DNA from: Camelus ferus
Lineage: Eukaryota
Direction of reading: 5' to 3'
Assembly (NCBI RefSeq): GCF_009834535.1
Contig: NC_045705.1
Span: 71,920,001 to 71,984,000 of the forward strand
DNA: 64,000 nucleotides
Each line of letters opens with the position of its first letter. Position 1 is the stretch's first letter. The notes under the pieces were generated by a model. It saw only the letters and a list, made by a program, of their open reading frames with translations, did no database searches and was not told the DNA's origin. This document shows positions 1-11,984 of the stretch, piece after piece. A program made the translations under genes and the position numbers.

Positions 1-260
1 TCGGCCGGGGTGGAGCCAGGGGTGGGGATGGAGACAGGGGGCAGGATGGTGCCAGGGGGTGTGGTAACGCCAGGGACCTGTTTGGCGTCATTGGGGACCC
101 GGATGGAATCAGAATCGGGGGCCGGGACACTGTCGGGGGGCTGGATGGACTCCGGGGGCGGGATGGAGTCGGTGGGTGGGATGGCATCGGGAGAGGGGAT
201 GGTGTCGGGGACTGGAATGGCGTCCGGGGGTGGGACAGCGTCAGAGGGTGCGGGGGCATC
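1..260 (-). repeat. Degenerate 18-bp coding tandem repeat in DRD4 exon 3 (third intracellular loop)
   Basis: Units [48 protein letters not shown], (DS), DSIRVP, (NDAKQVP), [23 protein letters not shown].; array continues past base 1. Confidence 0.9.
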
Positions 261-2578
261 CTGGGTCGGCGGGCCGGGGCCGCTGGGCCGGCGGGGAGCA
301 CGGTCGTGCAGCTTGGCGCGGCGGGCCACCTCCCAGCGCCGGAGGCCGCGGAACGTGGCCCAGTAGAGCAGCAGCATGAGCGGGCAGGGCAGGAAGAAGG
401 AGCACACGGATGAGTAGACCACGTAGTCGCGGTTCTCCAGGCGGCACACGGCGGGATCGCGGCCCTGCGCGTCGTTGAGGCCGCACAGCACGGGCGCCGC
501 CACAGCCGCCGACAGCACCCACGTGGCACCGATGAGCAGCAGCTGGCGGCCCCCGTGGCTCTGGCGGTTGTAGTGCAGGGGCACCGCCACGGCCACGAAC
601 CTGCAGGGAGCACGGTGAAGGCGGGCGGATGGGGAGGCGGGGGATGGGCCAGTGGGTGGTGGCCTACCTGTCCACGCTGATGGCGCACAGGTTGAAGATG
701 GAGGCAGTGCACAGCATGACGTCCATGGCCATGAGCGCGTCGCAGAGGCCGGGACTCAGCAACCACACGCCACCCTGGACCTGGGCCGCAGGTGGGGGCC
801 CCCTCAGAGACAATAGATCGAGACCGCTGATGTCCCCCCAGCCACGCTGCCTGAGCTGTCTTTCTGAGCCCCACTGTTCTGGGGGAGAAGAACAGGGCTG
901 AACATCCAGGGGTGAGGGGAAGGGGAGACAGCCAGAGGCATGCTACCCCCCACCAGATGGGCACCAAGAGGACTACCCTTCCTTTCTGTCAGAACTGAGA
1001 AAGGCCTTGGGGGCAGGGGGATCCTGGGGGCGTAGCCACCTGAGGACTGTCGTCTCTGATGGTGTGGGGCTCAGGGTACTGTCCCCTTCCCTGTGCGGGT
1101 GGGGACCCTCCACCTGGAGCGGGAGCCCAGCACCCCTTCTCCCCTCAGCGGACAGCTAAGAGTCGCCTGTCTACTGAAACTGTCACTGCTCTGGGACTCT
1201 GGAGAAGTCATTTCACTTCTGTCCCCCCATCCGTAAAATAGGGGTGATGAATGCACCCACGTGTTTATCCTGAGGACAAATGACTTACGAGATATAAAGT
1301 CTGCCATGTGGCACCTAGCACTCCCACCAAGGGCAAAGGAGCAGACAGCCACTCCCCTTCTAAATCCCCTCCTGCTGATTTGGGACGATTAGGAGCTTAA
1401 GAGCCGTCACTGTGACGTCTGTCTGTGGGGAGTGGCAGGTCATGCGTGTCCTTGTCCTGCTAGCCTCTGCCCCAGCCCTGCCCAGACTCACCGTGGCGAC
1501 CATAGGAAAAAACTAGCCTCCCCTCCCCCACAGCCCAGGACACTGTGTCCCCAACTCAGCTCTAAGCAGCTTTTCTCTGCCCTGACTGCAGCACACAGGG
1601 CTGGCACCACGCAGGACCGTCCAGGGGCCCAACCTGACCTGGGGGTGGAGGCTCCTGGGCCCCACGCCTGCCCCTCTCCTCAGTCCCGCTGTCAGGCCCA
1701 GGTGTCCCCTCCTTCCACCTGTGCTCGCTCACTGCCCTGCAGCCGCCGGCAGCTGAGCATCCTTTCCTCTGTGGGACGAGCCTGCGTGAGTGAGGGTCTC
1801 CTCCTGTGAGGCTTGCTGGTGTGCATGTGTTTGGTCGTGCTTGGCTGTGACCTCGTGCAGTGATGTGTGTGTCTTTGTGCCCCAGGGGAGCCGGGATGGG
1901 GGTGAGCCTGAATCTGCTCGTCTGTCCAGCTGGCTCCCCTGAGGGAGTGGAGCCCAGCTGAGGAGGGTGGATGGATGGCTGGACTGCCAAAGTCATCTGT
2001 TTCTGGGGTCTCTGGCTTGAAGGACAGAAGCATCTCTTGCGTAGTGGACACCAAGACAGGGAGGGAGAAGAGGGGTCAGAAGAGGGAGGGCGGACAGACA
2101 GCAAAGTGGACAGACGGACAGCGAGATGGGAGAGGGGAGCGGGCTTCGGAGAGAACGGAGGCTCCGGTTGTCCTGAGACCAGGCGCAGTGCCCAGCTCAA
2201 GGTTCCTGAGAGGCCAAGCGTCAGGGTCGCGCCGGGTCCTCGGTGCGGACTGGGACAGGGGACAGGGAGCAGGTAAGGGGTGAGCGTGCGGTCGTGACGC
2301 GGGCTCACCTCGGAGTAGACGAAGAGAGGCAGCACGAGCAGGGCGAGTAGGAGGTCGGCGGCCGCCAGGCTCACGATGAAGTAGTTGGTGGGCGTCTGCA
2401 GGGCGCGCTCGGCCGCCACGCTCACGCACACGAGCGTGTTCCCCGCCAGCACCGCGCCGATGAGCAGCACGCCCCCCGCCAGCGCCGCCGCGGCCCCCGG
2501 GTTCTCCACGCCGCCGCCCGTGCCCGGCCCGCGCCCCGCGAGCAGCCCGGCCGCGTCCGCGTAGCTGCGGTTCCCCAT
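1..2578 (-). CDS. DRD4: Dopamine receptor D4, partial (exons 1-2 and 5' part of exon 3)
   Basis: Exon 1 2578-2309 ([17 protein letters not shown]...LPLFVYSE, donor GAG|gtgag). Exon 2 780-668 (113 nt, [38 protein letters not shown]). Exon 3 from 600 to the window edge ([13 protein letters not shown]...[39 protein letters not shown], then Pro-rich loop). TM3 Asp and the D4-type DRF motif are present. Confidence 0.98.
1190..1321 (+). mobile_element. MIR SINE fragment in DRD4 intron 1
   Basis: MIR-core-like 'ggagaagtcatttcacttctgtccccccatccgtaaaataggggtgatgaat...tgaggacaaatga'; recognised by eye. Confidence 0.6.
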
Positions 2579-3200
2579 GGCGCACCGCCCCGCGCGCCCC
2601 GGCGGGCGCTCAGCACTGCGGACAGTGCCCAGGTCGGGAACCCGGAGCCCCGCCCCTCGGGCACGCCCAGCCCGGCCTTAGTCCCGTCCGGCCCCGCCCG
2701 GCTCGGTGGACCCCGGGGCTTGCTAAGGTGCGCCCAGCCTTTGCCCGTCTTGGACTTATGCGCCCTGAGAGAAGGGCAGGTGGACAAACCCAGTGGCCCA
2801 AAGAGATCCGAGCTAAGCGAGGTGCTTGGCATGGGCGGGCCCAGCAATGCTCCGTGCAGAGAAGGGTCGGCTGGGGACGCGGGTCGCGCGGGTCGGCTCC
2901 CCGAGAATGCGACAGGGAGGGAAGGTCGGCCGGACCACCCCGCTGAGACACTCGGGCACGCACGCCAGTGCCATCCCACCCGGCCCCAGAGAACCCGGGT
3001 CCCTGCGTGGGCCCAAGCTGGGCGCCTCCTCCTCAAGGACACTCCTGGAGACCCTCGAGGCGGGGTGAGGCTGTTTCTCACGCTACTCCGTTCACGTGGC
3101 GTGGGGAGAACATGCTTCTCAGGCCAGTTCCGCCAGGCGCCAAGCGACCCGAGCCCTAGGCCCTCCTGCAGGCTCCCTCCGGGCTCCGCGATGGCCAGTG
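2290..3200. promoter_or_regulatory. CpG island / GC-rich promoter of DRD4
   Basis: Very high GC and CpG density over exon 1 and upstream; GC boxes (ccccgccc); no obvious TATA. Confidence 0.8.
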
Positions 3201-4228
3201 GCGCTAGCTGGGTGCCCTTTCACCCCTTCACCCTCAGCACCCAACCTGGCCCGACCTCTCGGGCCCATTCACATCCCCTGCAGTGACTGCAGATCCCAGC
3301 CCTCGGCCCTGCACCCCGTCCTTCAAAGCAGCCTCTCCACCCATGGGGACCACACTCAGTCACTCTCCACCCTTGGCCATTGCCTGAGCCTCTGTCCCCG
3401 CCAGCAGCTGAGCGGCCCACCCGAATCCTGGCTCCATCGCCTGCGAGCCTGAGGCCCTGAGTCGGCTGTGCGCCCCTCTAAACCTGGAAGGTGGTGCTCC
3501 CCTCACAGAGCCAGAAAGGCCGTGGCCGGAGGAAAGGCAGTCATAAGCCCACAGGGAGTTTATCTGTGCTCTTTAGATGTGTTTTACCCTCGCGGAGAAA
3601 AGAAAATGCCCCAATGAGAAGCCTCTTGCCCTGCACCCCCGTCTCCCACAGACTCACGAGACCTGGGGCCTCCCTGGGGCACTGGGTGTGGTGCTCCCGC
3701 CCTCCCAGGGCTGAGCTTGGGGCCCCCAGGGGCCCGTCACCCCCACCTGCCAACATGTGACTGTGGGGGCATAAGGGGCTCGGGGCTCAGGGCCCCAGAC
3801 CCGCGCAGGTAAAGATGCATGGTCGGACAGATCCACGGGACACTGGGAGCTGGCAGAGCGGTCAGCCCAGACCGTCCTCTCTCAGGTTATAAAAGTGCAC
3901 AGAAAGAACATACAAGGAAAACGTACAGCAAGGATTTTCATTCACAGCCCGGAGTCTGGTCACCGAAGGGGCCAAGAAGTGGGCCATGTAGCTGCACCCC
4001 TCAGTGGGACCATCTAATTCACACCCTAGCCCCTCATTTTCCTTGGTGACTCCCTCCACCGTGGGGGGGGCCAGAAAACTCAGGATGGACCTGAAACACA
4101 GAGGTGTTGCAGGAAACAAGGATCCTGATTTCAAAGACACCAGGGACACAGGGGACAATCAGATGGCCTGACAGCGTGTCCAGCAAAGAGAAAACAAGGA
4201 CGGTGTGTGCAGTAAAGAGAAAGGATCA

Positions 4229-4354
4229 GGGGAGGGTGCAGCTCAGTGGCAGCACGCATCCTCAGCACGCACAGGGTCCCAGGTTCCATCCCCAGTACCT
4301 CCTCCAAAAAATAAATAGCTAACCCTAATTACCTCCCCTCCAAAAAAAAATTAC
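4229..4354 (+). mobile_element. tRNA-derived SINE (camelid Vic-1-like)
   Basis: 'ggggagggtgcagctcagtggcagc...ggttccatccccagtacctcc' plus A-rich tail; 10-bp direct repeat gagaaaggat at 4217-4226 and 4355-4364. Confidence 0.85.
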
Positions 4355-4697
4355 GAGAAAGGATAGATGTTGTAATGATACTTACAAGCGGCAATATCAC
4401 ATGAGGTCTGATGAAAGAAAGGTGTGTGCAGGACGTGCTGTGGACAGGCCCCTAGGTCCGGGGCGCATTCAGCCCCTCAGTCCCTTTCATGTGCATTAGT
4501 AAAGGGGCAGGCAGCGAGAGAACTCAACACTGGTGACGAGGGCAGGAAGCTTCTCTCACAGGATGGAAGTCCAAGGCAGGGGTGCCTCTGTAATCTTGGG
4601 TTGGGTGCCAAGTGATGAGTCCAGCCTAGCCTCCAATCTGCTTGGAATCTCTCTCCTGGTCCCCAGACATGCCACCATTAAGAGTGAAAAGGCAGTA

Positions 4698-4795
4698 GGG
4701 GAGGGTATAGCTCAAGTGGTAGAGCATGTGCTTAGCATACACAGGGTCCTGAGTTCAATCCCTAGTACCTCCTCCCAAAACAAATAAATAAGTAA
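4698..4795 (+). mobile_element. tRNA-derived SINE (camelid Vic-1-like) with intact Pol III boxes
   Basis: A box tagctcaagtgg 4708-4719, B box gagttcaatcc 4751-4761, tail aaataaataagtaa running into Ns. Confidence 0.85.
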
Positions 4796-4957
4796 NNNNN
4801 NNNNNNNNNNNNNNNNNNNNNNNNNNNNNNNNNNNNNNNNNNNNNNNNNNNNNNNNNNNNNNNNNNNNNNNNNNNNNNNNNNNNNNNNNNNNNNNNNNNN
4901 NNNNNNNNNNNNNNNNNNNNNNNNNNNNNNNNNNNNNNNNNNNNNNNNNNNNNNNNN

Positions 4958-5200
4958 CTGGGAAAGGATGTAGGCAATATAGATCTCTGATAAAGAATGC
5001 CAATCCAGAATATATGAAGAGCTCTGTGAGATCAACAAGATAGACAATCCCGTATTAGCAAAAGCAAAGTTCTTGAATCAGGCACATTACTAAAGAGGGT
5101 ATCCTAATGGTCGATTCGCATATGAGAAAGTGCTCAACATCCTTAGTGATCAGGAACATGACAATGAAACCCACAATGACATGTCATTGCACACTAAAAT
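4958..5200 (+). mobile_element. Old L1 ORF2 3' fragment
   Basis: L1-typical 'caatccagaatatatgaagagctc', 'catatgagaaagtgctcaacatccttagtgatcaggaa'. Confidence 0.7.
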
Positions 5201-6098
5201 GAGGTGTGTGCGTCAGGTATGTAACTTGAAAGTATTTCCTCCCAGACTGTAGCTTGTCTGTTCATTCTCCTAACTGTATTTGAGTTAATTTTTGTGTGTG
5301 TAAGGAATCAGCTGAGGTGATTGATTGATTAATAGATTGATTTTTCTTGCCTATAGATGTCTAATTGTCCCAGCACCACTTGTTAAAAAGACTGCCTTCT
5401 CTGCATGGAATTGCCCTTGAACTTTCGTCCAAAATCACTTGCTCATATCGGTGTGGGGCTATTTCTTGACTGTCTACTCAGTTCCATTGTCTGCATGTCT
5501 TTGACTTTGACAGAAACATGCAGTCTTGATTTCTGTGGCTTTAGAGCAAGTCATGAAATCAGGTCGTGTGGACCCTCTAAATTTGTTCTTTTGCAGAATG
5601 TTGGCCATTGTGCTTCCTTTGTCTGTGTGTGTGAGTTTTAGAATCAGCTTGCAGACAGCTACGAGAAAGTCCTGCTGGGAGTCTGGCTGGGATTGTGCCG
5701 AATCTATACAGCTATTTGGGGGAAACTGACATCTTAACAAATGTTGAGTCTTCCAGTCCATGAACATAGTATAGCTTTCCATTTATTTAGATATTCTTTG
5801 ATTTCTTTCCTTGGTATTTTGTAGCTTTCAGCACACAGATCCCGCACGTACTTTGTAAGATTTATACCCAAGCATTTTGTGTTTTCTGGCACAATTGTAA
5901 GTTGTGCTTTTGAAACCTTTGGTTTCCAGTTGTTCTCTGCTCATGTTTAGGCTCTGAGTTTTGTATATTGACCTTGTGTCCTTTAATGTTCTGAACTCAC
6001 TATTAAGTCAAGGAATTTTTATAGCTTCAGAATTTCTACATAGACAATGATCTTGTTCATGAATAGCGATAATTTTATTTTTTCCTTCTTATCTGGAT

Positions 6099-6770
6099 TG
6101 CTGGGAAACAAGCTGCTGGACAACAAGCAGCTAGAAAAGAAGCCACTCCTAAACTTCCATGAGCTCAAACGACTATATTGACACTTGCTTGCTTAAAATG
6201 CACGTGCTTGCTTTGTTCTAATGTTTTGTGCAGTATAAGACCTATAGCACGTATTATGCTGAAGAAAACTTGTGAGGAGCAATCCTGACATTGACCATAA
6301 GGGCACGAAGGAGGGCAGATATTTCCTCAGGGAAAAACAATGGACAGTCTTGGAAAGCCAGATTGTCCACTAACAGAACTTTGTTCTGGCATGAAACTGC
6401 TGCTGTTGAACCCAGGGGAAGTATTTGCTATCTTGAGATGTCCCAGAGGCAGTGACAGGATAGACTCAGAAATTTTGCACACCCGGGGTGGCTGTTCCTG
6501 GAAGGGATGGGCCTGAAATGAATCAGCTAACCAGCAAGCAGAACTTAGTGCTTATGGCATGGAATATCTAAAGCCCCACCTCTTTGATCGCATTTTTTTT
6601 CTGAGCTGTGTACTCCTAATAAATATGATGTCGACCAGGCTTTCGGGGCTCTAGATCCACGAGACCTTGAGTCCCCTGGTCCCATCTTTGCTCTTTACTT
6701 TGTCTCTTTGTTTCGTAAGTCTTGCGTCACCCGTCCTCAGACACGGTCCCGTGGTGCGCTGGGCGCAGCA
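6099..6770 (+). mobile_element. Solo retroviral LTR (672 bp), probably ERV2/betaretrovirus-like
   Basis: Termini TGCTG...CAGCA (inverted), perfect 6-bp TSD CTGGAT at 6093-6098 and 6771-6776, AATAAA at 6618-6623. Class inferred only from TSD length. Confidence 0.88.
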
Positions 6771-6814
6771 CTGGATGACTCTCCCTTCCTCCCTCCCTTC
6801 CTTTCTTTTCTTTT

Positions 6815-6990
6815 AAGAAACTGCACTATAGCTGATGCACAGTGTTGTGCTAGTTCAGTTGTGCAGCCGAGCGATTCAGGTTATATGCATGTGCGTATGT
6901 GCATACACACTATTTTCAAACTCTTTTCCATTTCAGGTTATTACAAGATATTGAACATACTTCCCTGTGCTCCACAGCAGGACCTTCTTG
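6815..6990 (-). mobile_element. L1 3' UTR fragment
   Basis: Antisense of the L1 3' end also seen at 11530-11750 and 45780-46000 ('acagtgttgtgctagttcag...ttacaagatattgaacatacttccctgtgct'). Confidence 0.7.
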
Positions 6991-7590
6991 TTTGTCTCTC
7001 TCTCTCTCCCTCTCTTTCTTTCCTTCCTTCTTTCTTCTTTCCTCTTATTTTCCTGACTGGGACTTGAATACAGTGTTGTTCAGAAATGGCAAAAGCAGTC
7101 ATGTTTGACTGCTCTCAATCTTATGGGGAAAATGTTCAGTCTTTCACCATTAAGTATGCTGTTAGCTGTGGTTCTGGGTTCCTTATTAAAGAAGTTCTCT
7201 TCCATTTTTAGTTTCCTGAGAGTTTTTAACATGAACAGATGTTGAATTCTGTCAAATACTGTTACTGCATCTATTGAGGTGATTACATAGTTTTCTTATT
7301 TTAGTCTGTTGATGTGGTGAAGGGCATTGACTGAGTTTTGAATGGTGAACCAGCCTTTCATTTGTGACATAAATCTTACTTGGTCATGATGTACTGTCCT
7401 TTTTGTATATTGCTAGATCCACTTTGGTAATTGTTGTCAAGGATTTTTGTGCCTATATTCATGAAAGACACTGGTCTGTGCTTCTTGCCTTTTCTGCCTG
7501 TTTCTGCCTGGTTCTGGTACCAGGGCAATGCTGACTTCCTAAAGTGAACCGGCAAGTACTCCCTTCAACTCCATTTTCCATGCTAGATTA

Positions 7591-7924
7591 TAGTCAGCCC
7601 TCCGTACCCTCAGCTGTACATCTGTGGATTCAACAAACTGTGGAACAAAAAAACACATTTTTTTAACTCCAGAAAATTTCAAAGAGCAAAACTTGGATTT
7701 GCTGTGTGCTGGCAGCTGTTTACATAGCATTTCCATTGCAGCCGCTCTTGTTTATGTAGCAGTAATATTGTGTCAGCTATTGTAAGATCTGAAGTTTGTA
7801 AGAGGATGTGCGAGGTTAAATGCAAACACTACAAGTTTTTATATAAGGGCCGTGAGCATCCCCAGAGTTTGATGTCCGTGGGGGTTCCTGGAACCAATCC
7901 CCTGTGGGCACCAAGGGACGACTG
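7591..7924 (-). mobile_element. MER2-like TcMar-Tigger MITE
   Basis: Reverse complement begins cagtcgtcccttggtgcccacaggggattggttccaggaacccccacgga (MER2-like start); other end tagtcagccctccgta forms an imperfect TIR. Confidence 0.75.
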
Positions 7925-9029
7925 GATAGAATTGATATTAATTCTCCCTTCAGTGTTGGAATAATTTGCGGGTGAAGACCTATGGGCCTGGAGTTTCCTT
8001 TGATGGGTTTCAACTAAGAAGTCAGTCCCTTCATGCACATAGGACTGTTCAGGCTGTTTCTTCTTGAGTGAATGTGGTGGTCTGTCTTCCAGGAAACTGG
8101 CCTATTGGTGTTAGTTTTCAAATTTAAGGACCTAGAATTGATTATAATGTTCTTTATTATCCTTTTTATTCCTGTAAGATCTCTGGTGACACTTCTTTTA
8201 TCCCTTAGATTTGTAGAGTGTATCTTTCTTTTTTATTTTCTTGGTCCGTCTTGCTAGAGTTTAATTGATTTTACTGATCTTTTCAAAGAGCCAGCTTTTG
8301 GTTTCTTTGATTTTTTTCTATAGCTTTTTGTTGGCGGTGGTCGTGGTGTTTCCAATTTTACTGATTTCAACTCTTTGTTTCCTTCCTTCTGCTTGCTTTG
8401 TGCCTAATTTGTTCTTTTTCAAGCTTCTTAAGGCCATTTGTTCTAGATAGTTCTTTTCTAACGTAAGTATTTAATGCTATAAATTTCCCTCTAAGATGCA
8501 TCCCACACATGTAGGTGTTCTCAGTTATCTCCAGTGCTTTCCCTGAGAGTTCTTCTGCAGCCCACAGATTGCTTACAACTAGGTTGTTTAATTTCCAAAT
8601 GCTTGGAGATTTTCCTGTTTTTCTTTCTATTGTTTATTTCTAGTTTCTTTCCATTATGGTGAAAAAAATGCTTTGTAGAACCTCAGTTCTTTTAAATGTG
8701 TTAAGGTTGATTTTATGACCCAGAATATAATCTGTCTTGGTAAAGGTTCCGCATACACTTGGAGAGAATGCAATCTGCTCTTGCTGGGTGGGGAGCTGTG
8801 TCAGTGTCTCCAGGTCTCTCTCCTTGCTGGTTTTCCACCTGTTCTGTTAATTACTGAGAAAAGAATGCTGACCTCTCCGAGTATAATTGTGGGCTTTCAT
8901 ATTTCTCTAATTCAGTTCTATTCCTCGACGTCAGTTTTTGCTTTTGTATTTTGAAGATTTGTGTAAAGTACGTTTAGACTTGCGGCCACCAGGGGCTTGG
9001 CGTCAGGGCTGACAATCAGGGGCTAAATA

Positions 9030-9715
9030 AATAACCTAAATAGATGCTGGGACATACCTAGTTCATGAACTGGAAGATTCTGCAAAGCAAAGATTCCAAT
9101 TCTTCCCAGACTGATCTATAGATTTAATGCATCTGCAGTCAAAATTCCAGTGGGATTCCTCATAGATATAGACAAGTTGATTTTAACATTAGGTGAAAAA
9201 ACAAAAGAAACAGAATTACCCAAAATGACTGTGAAAGAGAGGAATAAAATTGGAGGAGGCATGTGGCTCGGTGTTTAGAATTTCTATGTAGCTACAGTGA
9301 TCAAGACCATGTGGGACTGCTGGACAGACAGACAGACCCAAAGGTCTAGGAAAGAGAATAGAAATCACACAAGGAGACTCACACCAACATAACCAACAAA
9401 AAACAAGTAAAAACCCACCAAAATTCTTGATCTAATGCTTCAGGTGAAACTAACACAAAATAAATCATAGATTTAAATGTAAAACCTAAAACTATAAAAA
9501 TTTTTGAAGAGAAGATGGGGTGAAAATCTTTGTGACCAGGGATTAGGCAGAGTTTTTAGATGTGACACCAAAAGCGTGATCTACAAGTGAAACAATAAAA
9601 TGGACTTCATTAAAATTAAAAACTTCCAGGCACACAATGGAGGAAAATACCAACAGATCACATTTCTAGGAAGTGATTTGTATACAAAACAGATAAAGAA
9701 CTTGAAACTCAACAG
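9030..9715 (+). mobile_element. Old L1 ORF2 fragment
   Basis: 'gttcatgaactggaagattc', 'agatttaatgca', 'agatttaaatgtaaaacctaaaactataaaa', 'tggacttcattaaaattaaaaactt'. Confidence 0.75.
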
Positions 9716-11846
9716 TAATGATACTGCAAGAAGCCTCCAGACAACTATCCCTTATAAATATATATACAAAACCCTTCCACAAAATATGATCAAACCAAAT
9801 CCANNNNNNNNNNNNNNNNNNNNNNNNNNNNNNNNNNNNNNNNNNNNNNNNNNNNNNNNNNNNNNNNNNNNNNNNNNNNNNNNNNNNNNNNNNNNNNNNN
9901 NNNNNNNNNNNNNNNNNNNNNNNNNNNNNNNNTCTCGATTGATGTAGAGAAAACATTTGGTAAAATCCAACACCCTTTTATGATAAAAAGACTCAGTAAA
10001 TTGGGAATAGAAAGACACTTCTGCAATACGATAAAGGTCATCTATAAAAAACACACAACTAACGTAATATTCCATTATGAGAGACTGAAAGCTTTCCCCC
10101 TGAGATCAGGAAAAAGACAAAGAGACCCACCACTGCTGCTTCTACTCAACATGCGCTGGAAGTGCTAGCCAGAGCAATTAGGCAAGAAAAAGAAGTAAAA
10201 GGGATCCAAAATTGAAAAAGAAAAAATAAAATTATTCTTATTTGCAGATGGCATGATCTTACGTATGGAAAATCCCAAAAAACAAACAAACAAAAACAAA
10301 ATCTGTTAGAGTGAATGAACAAATTTGGTAATGCTGTAAGATATAAAATTGACATAAAAGAACCAGTTATATTTCTATACCCTAGCAACAAACAATCCAA
10401 AAATGAAATTAAGAAAATAATTCATTTGCAATAGCATCAAAAAGAATAAAATACTTAGTAATAAATTTAACCAAGAAGGTGAAAAGACCTGTACACTGAA
10501 AACCACAAAACATTTACTGGAAAAGATTAAAGAAGGCATAAATAAGTAAATCTAATCTTTGTGGATTGAAACACTTAATATTGTTAAGATAGTTTTTCTC
10601 GCCACAGAATCCCCAAATTTGATGTGCTCCCTATCAAAACCCAATAGACTTTTTAAGAAACGGAAAAACCAATCCTAAAATTCATATGGAATTTCAAGGA
10701 ACCCCAAATAACCAAAGCAATCTTGAAAAAGAAAAATTTGGCGCAGCTGCCAGTTTCAAAACTTACTCTAAAGCTACAGGAATCAAGGCAGTATGGTACT
10801 GGCATTAAGGACAGACACAAAGATCAATGGAATAGAACTGCGGACTCAGATATAAACCCACCCATCTGTGATCAACTGATTTTCAGCAAGGCTGTCAGGA
10901 CTATTTAATGGGGAAGGGAGAGTTTTTTCAACATATGGTGTTGGGACAACTGGGTATCCACCAGCAAAACAANNNNNNNNNNNNNNNNNNNNNNNNNNNN
11001 NNNNNNNNNNNNNNNNNNNNNNNNNNNNNNNNNNNNNNNNNNNNNNNNNNNNNNNNNNNNNNNNNNNNNNNNNNNNNNNNNNNNNNNNNNNNNNNNNNNN
11101 NNNNNNNNNNNNNNNNNNNNNNNNNNGATCCAGTGATCCCACTCCTGGACATATATCTGGAGAAAAATACAATTTGAAAAGACACCTGCACCCNNNNNNN
11201 NNNNNNNNNNNNNNNNNNNNNNNNNNNNNNNNNNNNNNNNNNNNNNNNNNNNNNNNNNNNNNNNNNNNNNNNNNNNNNNNNNNNNNNNNNNNNNNNNNNN
11301 NNNNNNNNNNNNNNNNNNNNNNNNNNNNNNNNNNNNNNNNNNNNNNNNNNNNNNNNNNNNNNNNNNNNNNNNNNNNNNNTGAAGTAAGCCAGAAAAAGAA
11401 AGAAAAATAAGATATGATATCACTTCTATGTAGAATCTGAAAAAAAGACACCAATGAGCCTATTTATGAAACAGAAATGGACTCAGACATAGAGAACAAA
11501 CTTATGGGGGGAAAGGGGGTGGGAAGGGATAAATTGGGAGTTCAAGATTTGCAAGTACTAACTATTATATGTAAAATAGCTAAACAACATGTTTATTCTG
11601 TATAGCGCAGGGAACTATATTCAACATCTTGTAGTGACCTATGATGAAAAAGAATACGAAAACAAACAGATGCATGTATGTGTATGAGTGAAGCATTATG
11701 CTGTATATCAGAACTGACACAACATTGTAAACTGACTATACTTCAATTAAAAAGAATGGTATGAGTGAAGCATTATGCTGTATATCAGAACTGACACAAC
11801 ATTGTAAACTGACTATACTTCAATTAAAAAGAATGGGAAAAAATAA
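9716..11846 (+). mobile_element. 5'-truncated L1 (3' half of ORF2 plus 3' UTR), partly N-masked
   Basis: ORF2-like peptides in the ORF track (HYERLKAFPLRSGKRQ; LKLQESRQYGTGIKDRHKDQWNRTADSDINP); 3' UTR ends 'aaactgactatacttcaattaaaaag'. Confidence 0.85.
11683..11836 (+). repeat. Exact 77-bp tandem duplication of the L1 3' terminus
   Basis: 'tatgagtgaagcattatgctg...cttcaattaaaaagaatgg' at 11683-11759 and 11760-11836. Confidence 0.9.
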
Positions 11847-11984
11847 NNNNNNNNNNNNNNNNNNNNNNNNNNNNNNNNNNNNNNNNNNNNNNNNNNNNNN
11901 NNNNNNNNNNNNNNNNNNNNNNNNNNNNNNNNNNNNNNNNNNNNNNNNNNNNNNNNNNNNNNNNNNNNNNNNNNNNNNNNNNNA

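Larger units (their letters stand above)
5210..8960 (-). mobile_element. Old degenerate L1 (ORF2 region), interrupted by an LTR, an L1 3' fragment and a MER2-like MITE
   Basis: Antisense L1 ORF2 motifs, e.g. 'gtccagcaccacttgttaaaaagactg', 'gtctttcaccattaagtatgctgttagctgtg', 'gggcctggagtttcctt'; T-rich plus strand; no intact ORF. Confidence 0.8.

Noticed and set aside
601-667. 67-nt DRD4 intron 2 as an anomaly
   Set aside because: Short but within the spliceable range, with canonical ends and correct phase.
1562-2308. 338-aa ORF extending DRD4 exon 1
   Set aside because: Read-through into intron 1 past a consensus donor (GAG|gtgag); similarity to DRD4 ends at YSE.
4698-4775. Possible tRNA gene
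   Set aside because: Has A/B boxes but is followed by an AAAT-type tail and occurs as several diverged copies: a SINE, not a tRNA.
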